Assembly (NCBI GenBank): GCA_017463765.1
Contig: JAFTON010000055.1
Coordinates: 1 to 56,262 of the forward strand
Length of the DNA: 56,262 nt
Reading direction: 5' to 3'
DNA from: Clostridia bacterium
GTDB lineage: Bacteria; Bacillota; Clostridia; Oscillospirales; CAG-272
Below are positions 34,374-40,584 of this stretch, in pieces (position 1 is the stretch's first letter; each line of letters opens with the position of its first letter). The position numbers and the translations under genes are program-made. The notes under the pieces were generated by a model, which worked only from the letters and a program-made list of their open reading frames with translations, made no database searches and had not been told where the DNA came from.

Positions 34374-37052
34374 TCAGCGCTCGACGTTGAGAGAAACCTT
34401 ATGCAGATCGTTGGTAAGACCGCAGTAGGGAGAAAGCTCGCTCTCGGGAGTAAGAGAGTCAACGTCGATCTTGTCGGTGTTGAATGCGAACAGGTCGTCT
34501 CTCTGGTATGTGGGAAGCTCGATAGCAAGCTGCATTACGATATCAAGAGCCTGAGAATAAAGGTTTGCACGGATTGCCTTACCCTCGGGAGTGTCGTCGA
34601 GTGTCTTACGAGCCTCGTCGATGATCTCGGAGAGCTCCTCAATAAGAGCCTTCTCTGCATCGTACTTACCGCCTACGTTAAGCTTGATCTGCTTATATCC
34701 CCAGTTAAGAGTTGAGGATGCGTTGGAGTCGATGTGATATACCTGATACATATCGGGGTCAATGGTAGAGCCCCAAGCAGCCGCCCATACGGTAAGGTCA
34801 CCTGTGGAAAGCTTCTTAAGAGCGTTAGCGTCGGTGGTAACGTTTACCTGGAAGCCAACCTCGTTAAGGAACTCACCTGCGTGCCACATAGCCTGCCAAG
34901 CGGGATGGTCGGTCTCCTCGCCTGCGATGGTGAAGGTATACTTGAGAGTATGGTTGCCCTTTACGTATACACCGTTAGCATCAAAAGTATAGCCTGCGCC
35001 CTCTACGAGAGAGGTGATGAACGCCTGCTGCTCCTCCTTTGTAAAGGTATCGCCGGCCTTCTTGCCGCAAGCTAAAACGTAGTCACGGTAAGCAGGGTTT
35101 ACAACCGAGAGATCCTCCGGAACCTTGCCACCGATGTAAGGATAATATGCGGTTGCCTTGTTGGGATAAGCCCAGCTGGACTTGGACATAGAACGGTAGA
35201 TAGCCTGAGCTGTGGTTTCGTAGTAGTCTACACACTCCTGGGTATTGATGGTGTGCATAATAGCCTGACGAACCGCCATATCAGGAACCTTACCTGCATT
35301 GATGCCGATATATCCGTAGCCTGCGGTCTGGATGGACTGGTTACCGATGCCCTGATCCTTCTTGCCGTCAAGCTCGTCTATGGTCTCGGGATTTGCGTTA
35401 GGCTCTGCAAAGTCGATCTCCTTGTTGTAAAGAGCATTAAGCATCTGAGTAGAGGATACTACCTGATAACGAACCTTCTTGATAGTTGCGGGTCCCATAA
35501 TGTAATAGGGATTACGCTCAAAGTAGATAACGCCCTTATCGTAGAAATCACCTGCGCCGATACCGTCAAGACCGCCACTGGACTTACTTGCTGCGTAAGG
35601 ACCTGCGCCAACGGGAACGCCAAGCTTCGAGGGGTTCTTAACTACGTTTTCCATAAAGCTCTGAGAACCACGCTCAACACCGAAGTTTGAAACAAAGTCA
35701 AATGCCTCGATATGCTCCTTATCTGAATAGTAGTACATAGGAGCTACGCTGAATGCAAAGTTCCAGATAGCCTTGGGGTCAACGTCATGAATGGTGATGG
35801 AGAGAACCTCGTGGCTCTCTGCCTGACCGTCTGGGGAATATGTAGGTACGGGATATTCCACGCCGTTTACGGTAACGGGCGCTTCCATATTAGCAAACTT
35901 GATGCCCGAGATGTTGGGGAACTTAATAGTAGCGTTCTGAGTAGCGTTCTGGAAATAGTTTTCCATAGCTACGTTGGTAAGATAGCTGTTAAGAGTAGAG
36001 GCGGTTGCCCAATACTGAATAACGGTAGCGATATCGTGAGGAATGTTTGCGTCATAAACAAACTCGATGGCACGCTCCTTGCTCCAGGTAAGCACGTTCT
36101 CCTTAAAGTCGGCTTTGTAATCAAGCTTACCGTCGTTTCTGTTCCATACGATCCAGCCCTTGTTGTAGAGGAATGCCTCAACGTCGGTGGTAAGAAGGTT
36201 CTTGTATACTGTTCCCTCCTTATCCGAGAAGCTGATCTGATCGTAGGAGTTAAGCGAGTTGGACCAGTCGTTGTTAAGCTCCTCTCTGAAGAGCTCAAGC
36301 GCCTTTTCATAGTCCTCTACAAGATGAGCGTAGGCAGGACCGTTTTCGGAATACTCCTCAAGCTTTGCCTTGAAGCCGTCGCTGTCAAGATTACCGTTCT
36401 CATCCTCGGAGAAGATATCGGCTGACGCATCAACAAGGGCGTCAATACGTGCGGTAGCATCGGTCTGGAACTGAAGCATAAAGGCATCCTGCTCCTTCTC
36501 GTTCTTGGTCTGTGTGCGGTAAGCCTTAAGACCTACGATATCGGTGGAATAGATGGTGCTGGAGCCTGTATATGCGGGATCGAGATATACGTAGAGATTG
36601 AAAAGAACGTCCTTAATGGTAAGATAAGAGCCGTTCGAGAAGCGTACGTTGTTTTTAAGAACGAAATAATAGGTTGTGGTCTGATCCACGTCCTCGGTGC
36701 CCTTGGTGATAATCTGAAGATCCTTGGTAACGGCTGCCTCGTCGTCACCGTAGGTATACTTACCGTCCTTATCGTTGGACAGCATACCGATCTGGGTCAT
36801 ACCTACCACGCTGCTGTCGGTTGCAGAGGTGGAGAAGAAGGGGTTGAATACCTTATCGACCTCGAGGGTAGCGAACACCAACGGATCGGTTTCATTGTTA
36901 TATGCGGTCTTATCCTCATCCTTGCCGAAAACGATAATGAGGGTTACTACTATAGCGATAACCGCTACTGCTGCGGCGGCAACAGGCCACCATTTTTTCC
37001 AGAATGCCTTGCTGGCAATCTTCGACCATAAGTTAGTGAAAAAATCTTTCAT
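34374..37052 (-). CDS. oppA: Family-5 (OppA/DppA-type) substrate-binding protein, oversized (892 aa) and membrane-tethered by an N-terminal signal anchor
   Basis: The SBP_bac_5-like core includes YYFVLKNNVRFSNGSYLTIKDVLFN, YGYIGINAGK and DLTVWAAAWGSTIDPDMYQ. The N-terminal TM WWPVAAAAVAVIAIVVTLIIVFG lacks a lipobox Cys. A ~230-aa insert follows the first lobe. AAAGGAG ribosome-binding site. Confidence 0.85.
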   Translation of the reverse strand: MKDFFTNLWSKIASKAFWKKWWPVAAAAVAVIAIVVTLIIVFGKDEDKTAYNNETDPLVFATLEVDKVFNPFFSTSATDSSVVGMTQIGMLSNDKDGKYTYGDDEAAVTKDLQIITKGTEDVDQTTTYYFVLKNNVRFSNGSYLTIKDVLFNLYVYLDPAYTGSSTIYSTDIVGLKAYRTQTKNEKEQDAFMLQFQTDATARIDALVDASADIFSEDENGNLDSDGFKAKLEEYSENGPAYAHLVEDYEKALELFREELNNDWSNSLNSYDQISFSDKEGTVYKNLLTTDVEAFLYNKGWIVWNRNDGKLDYKADFKENVLTWSKERAIEFVYDANIPHDIATVIQYWATASTLNSYLTNVAMENYFQNATQNATIKFPNISGIKFANMEAPVTVNGVEYPVPTYSPDGQAESHEVLSITIHDVDPKAIWNFAFSVAPMYYYSDKEHIEAFDFVSNFGVERGSQSFMENVVKNPSKLGVPVGAGPYAASKSSGGLDGIGAGDFYDKGVIYFERNPYYIMGPATIKKVRYQVVSSTQMLNALYNKEIDFAEPNANPETIDELDGKKDQGIGNQSIQTAGYGYIGINAGKVPDMAVRQAIMHTINTQECVDYYETTAQAIYRSMSKSSWAYPNKATAYYPYIGGKVPEDLSVVNPAYRDYVLACGKKAGDTFTKEEQQAFITSLVEGAGYTFDANGVYVKGNHTLKYTFTIAGEETDHPAWQAMWHAGEFLNEVGFQVNVTTDANALKKLSTGDLTVWAAAWGSTIDPDMYQVYHIDSNASSTLNWGYKQIKLNVGGKYDAEKALIEELSEIIDEARKTLDDTPEGKAIRANLYSQALDIVMQLAIELPTYQRDDLFAFNTDKIDVDSLTPESELSPYCGLTNDLHKVSLNVER

Positions 37053-37080
37053 ATCTAAAATCTCCTTTGATTATTCTATC

Positions 37081-38265
37081 TTAAGGCTCGTCTGTTTTGT
37101 CGAGCATATTTACCGTAACGTCGGTTATCTCCGAGCCGTCGCCCTCGGGAATGAAATAAACCGCCTTATCCTCGATAACGATCAGCGAGGACTCCTTGTC
37201 AAAGCCGTTTGGCAGCTGAGAGCAGGTGACGGTAGCGTTTGAAACCGTCAGACCTGTAAGCTTACTGTTCTCAATCTTCATAACGAGAGGAGCTACCATA
37301 ATAAGCTTGGTACCCGGGTATCCGGCATTGATATCAACCGTGAAGTCCGAGAAATTAAGATCGCTGACCGTAGCGTTCTTAAGTGAACCGAACAGGCTGA
37401 TGCAGAGGATGCCTCCCTCGGTGCTTAGGTCGGGGTCTGTGATAAGACCGTTCTTACTGTTATCGTAAGAGAGTGTGAAGTTCCTGATGGTAAAGCCGTT
37501 GCCCTTTATAATTCCCTTGTAATCACCGAATCCCGAGAACGCCTCGCCCTCGAAATCTATATCACAGGTGAAATAAAGGTTTTTATTCTTGTTGGCAAGC
37601 AGCTTACGTGGCGAATCCACAAGCACGAAGTCACCCTCTATGTAGTGAAGGAAAACACGCACGGCTGTATCGGTTTCTCCTCCCGGATGAGTGAAGCCTG
37701 CGTTCCAGGGCTCATCGTTCTCGTCATAGATGCCGTCGAGCGCCGTGTAGCCGAAGCGCTTGTTTCCGAAGTAGGAAGCATAGAAGTCATTGAAGGTGTC
37801 ACCCTCGTTTACCTCATAGCTGCCGAGAGAGTGAACCGACTGATCCTTCTCGTCACGGTAGCATACCTCGTAGGTATAGATGATATTTTTCTTCCATTTC
37901 GCATAAAGCGTTACGCCATCGGCGTCTACCTTATCCTTTTCAAAATCCCACTTATTCTCGTAGGTTACGCTGTCACCGTCAACAACCTTTTTGGTGTACC
38001 AGCCCTCAAGGCTGTAGCCAGTACGGATGATCTCCTGCTTTGAGAAGGATGAAAGCTCTTTGATAAGATGTCCGCCCTCACCTTTAAAATCGTAATACTG
38101 GATAACGGGCTGCTCACAGTTCTGATAAACTCCGCCCTCCAGCTGATAAATAACCTTTACCCTGTCCTCAAAGGTTCTTGTGCTGTCGCTGCATCCTATA
38201 AGCGATACGGCAAGACACACAAGGCATAGACAAAGTATCAGATAAGCTATTGCATTTCTACGCAC
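37081..38265 (-). CDS. Lipoprotein (394 aa) with InlB-B/Flg_new repeats and a beta-helix-like C-terminal half; first gene of the operon
   Basis: GTG start 8 nt after GAGGAGG. Lipobox SLIGC. Flg_new-like segment YSLEGWYTKK...GVTLYAKWKK. The C-terminal repeats (NGFTIRNFTL, NATVSDLNFSDFTV, LTGLTVSNATV) suggest a parallel beta-helix. Confidence 0.8.
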   Translation of the reverse strand: MRRNAIAYLILCLCLVCLAVSLIGCSDSTRTFEDRVKVIYQLEGGVYQNCEQPVIQYYDFKGEGGHLIKELSSFSKQEIIRTGYSLEGWYTKKVVDGDSVTYENKWDFEKDKVDADGVTLYAKWKKNIIYTYEVCYRDEKDQSVHSLGSYEVNEGDTFNDFYASYFGNKRFGYTALDGIYDENDEPWNAGFTHPGGETDTAVRVFLHYIEGDFVLVDSPRKLLANKNKNLYFTCDIDFEGEAFSGFGDYKGIIKGNGFTIRNFTLSYDNSKNGLITDPDLSTEGGILCISLFGSLKNATVSDLNFSDFTVDINAGYPGTKLIMVAPLVMKIENSKLTGLTVSNATVTCSQLPNGFDKESSLIVIEDKAVYFIPEGDGSEITDVTVNMLDKTDEP

Positions 38266-38303
38266 GAAAAATAACCTCCTCAGTTTTTGAGAAACAAATT
38301 TAG

Positions 38304-38365
38304 ATAAAAATAGTTGTCATTCCGCATGGGATGAGCTCCCTTCAGATGTAACGGTGATGACAACT
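38304..38365 (-). promoter_or_regulatory. Leader hairpin plus U-tract (candidate transcription attenuator) between promoter and first gene
   Basis: In RNA sense: AGUUGUCAU(CA)CCG ... CGG(A)AUGACAACU, followed by AUUUUUAU. An alternative pairing is possible between the upstream CAUCCGCAU (38387-38395) and AUGCGGAAUG, which lies in the 3' arm of the hairpin. Confidence 0.4.
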
Positions 38366-38414
38366 CAAGCTTTTTATAAATTATTAATGCGGATGCGCTT
38401 AATAATAATATAAT

Positions 38415-38443
38415 ATTTTAGCACCATGAAAAAATATTGTCAA
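38415..38443 (-). promoter_or_regulatory. Strong sigma-A promoter of the 32-kb operon
   Basis: On the minus strand: TTGACA (38443-38438), a 17-nt spacer ending in TGc (extended -10), then TAAAAT (38420-38415). About 140-nt leader. Confidence 0.7.
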
Positions 38444-38850
38444 TAGAAATGGACGGATTTTTCGTGGTACGATTATACAAAACTTATTGCACTTTTTTAG
38501 TCAATTTGACGAAAAAACGCAAAAAAAGACCAAATAATTGACATTAAATATACTTTTGTATATTTTCTTTGAGGATTTTTTAACGGTTGTGATACAAATC
38601 CGGTACAGAATCAGCTTCGCAAAAATGAAGAATCAGGCATTTAAAAAGTCATATTTTGAATAAAATACCCTTGTATAAAACGAAAAATGACAGTTTTATC
38701 AAATCCATCCGTCAGCAATTTGCAGGTTTTTTCACCCTCAAAAAAGGAAGAAAAAGCCATCCTGTGCTTATTTTTTATTATAATCTAATGTAGAAAAATT
38801 TCGGTTTTTGGCATCGCCGACAAGAAAAAAAGAAGAAAATCAAGGCTGCA

Positions 38851-38878
38851 AAAAAGAAAAGCACCGCAAAACGGTGCT
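38851..38878 (-). terminator. Rho-independent terminator of the 202-aa gene
   Basis: AGCACCG (38860-38866) / CGGTGCT (38872-38878). On the minus strand it is followed by TTTTCTTTTT. Confidence 0.75.
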
Positions 38879-38891
38879 TCAATATTAAAAT

Positions 38892-39500
38892 TTATACTTT
38901 CCAAATCAAAGGCTCGCCTCTTACACAAACTCCTACTTTGTACTTTCTTTTTGGAAACGCTTTGGAATGAAAATTAATCACTAAAGCATATTCTGGTCCA
39001 TCGTTGATAAGTATTTCTCTTAAATAACTAATACTTTTGGGGTTATCAGTAGCAATTTTGCCTTGTTGCTCTAAATCACAAATGTACTTATGAATTTCCC
39101 AAAAAGGAGATTCCCATCCTCCTAATGTTTTTGCTGTTTTTTTGTTTTTTTGGTAGTTATTAATCATCGAATCAAGCTTATCAAAAAGCTGTTTTTCGTC
39201 GTTGAAATCCGTAAAAGGTGCGAAGTCTATTTTCTTACATAACTTATCGCATGACTTATCACTTACGGAAAAAATATGAAAATGTCCCAAACCATATTCG
39301 TATGCAGTGAAAAAAGCAATATTTGTTTTTGAAACAACATAAAACAGCTGTGAATAAAAAGGATTTATAACATTTTTCTTTCCGTAAATCAAAACAGGTT
39401 TTTGAAATTCATTCCAGTCAAGTTGCATTATTTTTATATTGTTAATTTCAATGTCAGAGCCTAATGGATAAAATCCCAAATAACTTACTTTAACAAACAT
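38892..39500 (-). CDS. Hypothetical protein (202 aa), AT-rich orphan
   Basis: ORF with an AAGGGGGG ribosome-binding site 6 nt upstream. It has its own promoter and terminator. No motif recognised. Its composition is clearly more AT-rich than the flanking operon. Confidence 0.6.
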   Translation of the reverse strand: MFVKVSYLGFYPLGSDIEINNIKIMQLDWNEFQKPVLIYGKKNVINPFYSQLFYVVSKTNIAFFTAYEYGLGHFHIFSVSDKSCDKLCKKIDFAPFTDFNDEKQLFDKLDSMINNYQKNKKTAKTLGGWESPFWEIHKYICDLEQQGKIATDNPKSISYLREILINDGPEYALVINFHSKAFPKRKYKVGVCVRGEPLIWKV

Positions 39501-39529
39501 ATTGAACCCCCCTTATATTTTCCATTTTT

Positions 39530-39558
39530 ATTCTATCACATTTTTGCTTATTTTTCAA
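39530..39558 (-). promoter_or_regulatory. Sigma-A promoter of the 202-aa gene
   Basis: On the minus strand: TTGAAA (39558-39553), a 17-nt spacer, then TAGAAT (39535-39530). Confidence 0.55.
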
Positions 39559-39585
39559 TGGTTTTTATCGTCCAGATGCTATTTT

Positions 39586-39658
39586 TAACGAATACATCCA
39601 TAAATCTAACGAATACACCATGATTTTAACGAATACGCCCCATAGTTTTAACGAAAAC
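39586..39658. repeat. Four direct repeats TAACGAA(T/A)AC phased at 20-22 bp
   Basis: Copies at 39586-39595, 39607-39616, 39627-39636 and 39649-39658 (the last is TAACGAAAAC). Most are preceded by TTT. They lie 28-100 bp upstream of the -35 of the 202-aa gene. Confidence 0.8.
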
Positions 39659-39760
39659 AAAAGAGACCATCCACCAAAGGCTCAAACACCTCTGAAAGAT
39701 AGGCTCTTTTTATCACAAACTATAAAGTTTATGCCAAAAAGGCAAAAATACCCCTAAAAA

Positions 39761-39790
39761 GCAAAAAAACGTAGAATTGTCACAATTTCT
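39761..39790 (-). terminator. Terminator-like hairpin plus U-tract downstream of element A
   Basis: AGAATTG (39773-39779) / CAATTTCT (39783-39790, one bulge). On the minus strand it is followed by ACGTTTTTTTGC. Confidence 0.5.
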
Positions 39791-39814
39791 TGTATCCTAT
39801 TCTGCGTTTCTTTT

Positions 39815-39936
39815 TGGTGACCCGGAATATTACAAGGTCGAATACGGGAATTTCGCCTAAAGCGAATATTTGCTCGCTCTACGCCTGACAAGCGAGCTTG
39901 CCGATCTCCGAGCGGCAAATGCGAACCCATATTCGT
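39815..39936 (-). ncRNA. Structured RNA-like element A, derived from the tRNA-Glu 3' half
   Basis: In RNA sense: AUGGGUUCG, a 70-nt three-helix insert, AUUCCCGUA, an 18-nt insert, then CGGGUCACCA. The flanking pieces match the T-arm and acceptor 3' end of the adjacent tRNA-Glu. The helices covary with copy B. No 5' tRNA half is present. Confidence 0.4.
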
Positions 39937-40030
39937 GCAGGTGATGAGTTGCAAGATAAGCAAATCAATGCTATGGAATGCTTAATTTGCAAAGCGCGAG
40001 TGGGTTTGATGAGCGTACGGGTCAACCAAC

Positions 40031-40066
40031 GACAGAAAAAAGAAAAAGCAGGACTTCTGTCCTGCT
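40031..40066 (-). terminator. Rho-independent terminator downstream of element B
   Basis: AGCAGGAC (40047-40054) / GTCCTGCT (40059-40066). On the minus strand it is followed by TTTTTCTTTTTT. The outer arms CGACAG / CTGTCG extend the stem. Confidence 0.7.
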
Positions 40067-40075
40067 TTCTGTCGT

Positions 40076-40196
40076 TGGTGAGCCATGCTATTACAATATC
40101 GAACTACGGGAATTTCAGCAAAGCTGAATATTTGCGCACTCTCCGCCTGAAGAGCAAGCTCTTCGATCTCCGAGTGGCAAATGCGAACCCATATCC
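40076..40196 (-). ncRNA. Structured RNA-like element B, derived from the tRNA-Glu 3' half (paralogue of A)
   Basis: Roughly 80 percent identical to A by eye, with the same architecture, and ends in GGCUCACCA. It is preceded by a perfect 10-bp hairpin, CCTGAAAATC / GATTTTCAGG (40195-40217). Confidence 0.4.
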
Positions 40197-40244
40197 TGAA
40201 AATCACAGATTTTCAGGGTGGGTCGATCCCGACGGAGTCGCAAC

Positions 40245-40285
40245 AAAAAGAGACAGGCACCCACTAGGAGTGCCTGTCTCTTTTT
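40245..40285 (-). terminator. Rho-independent terminator of tRNA-Glu
   Basis: 16-bp stem AAAAAGAGACAGGCAC (40245-40260) / GTGCCTGTCTCTTTTT (40270-40285). The U-tract is part of the 3' arm. Confidence 0.8.
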
Positions 40286-40287
40286 GT

Positions 40288-40362
40288 TGGTGACCCGTAC
40301 GGGAATCGAACCCATGTTTTCAGCGTGAGAGGCTAACGTCTTAACCGCTTGACCAACGGGCC
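40288..40362 (-). tRNA. tRNA-Glu (anticodon CUC), CCA encoded
   Basis: The reverse complement GGCCCGTTGGTCAAGCGGTTAAGACGTTAGCCTCTCACGCTGAAAACATGGGTTCGATTCCCGTACGGGTCACCA is 75 nt. It folds as a cloverleaf with anticodon loop CUCUCAC. The acceptor, D and T arms closely match Bacillus-type tRNA-Glu. Confidence 0.95.
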
Positions 40363-40382
40363 TTGCTGTGTTCAGCTTGTCT

Positions 40383-40411
40383 ATTATACTATTTTTTTAT
40401 CGATTTGTCAA
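40383..40411 (-). promoter_or_regulatory. Consensus sigma-A promoter of tRNA-Glu
   Basis: On the minus strand: TTGACA (40411-40406), a 17-nt spacer, then TATAAT (40388-40383). About 14-20 nt upstream of the mature 5' end. Confidence 0.8.
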
Positions 40412-40512
40412 GGGGTTTTGAAAAGTTTTTTTATTTTTTTTGCATCAAGCTGAAAATTACAAGAAAAGGCATAGTTTTTGCAGGCTTTGGGTTAGTTTTT
40501 TTATATTTTCTA

Positions 40513-40541
40513 TTGATTTTATAGCCAAAAGATGATAAAAT
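40513..40541 (+). promoter_or_regulatory. Sigma-A promoter of the AraC-family gene
   Basis: TTGATT (40513-40518), a 17-nt spacer, then TAAAAT (40536-40541). Confidence 0.6.
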
Positions 40542-40584
40542 TACTATGTATAATTATAAGTAAATGCTTTCGAAGGAGATAAAA

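Noticed and set aside
38266-38520. CodY box (AATTTTCWGAAAATT) upstream of the protease/Opp operon
   Set aside because: I scanned the promoter and leader by eye and found no window with fewer than about 5 mismatches. An 11-bp palindrome, GTCAATTTGAC, exists at about 38501-38511, but I have no basis to assign it a function.
39583-39658. CRISPR array
   Set aside because: The repeats are only 10-13 nt with 8-12-nt spacers, there are only four copies, and no cas genes are present. This is inconsistent with CRISPR. No other array-like structure was seen in the window.
39815-40196. Elements A and B as genuine tRNA genes, or as tRNA genes with introns
   Set aside because: Only the T-arm and the acceptor 3' strand are present. 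I found no complementary 5' acceptor strand, D-arm or anticodon arm upstream. They are therefore reported only as tRNA-derived structured elements.
39754-40315. ORFs 39754-39963(-), 39898-40293(+), 39982-40206(-) and 40115-40315(-)
   Set aside because: They lie over the tRNA-derived elements, the terminators and even the tRNA 3' end. They have no ribosome-binding sites, and their sequences are dominated by the repeated RNA-like segments.
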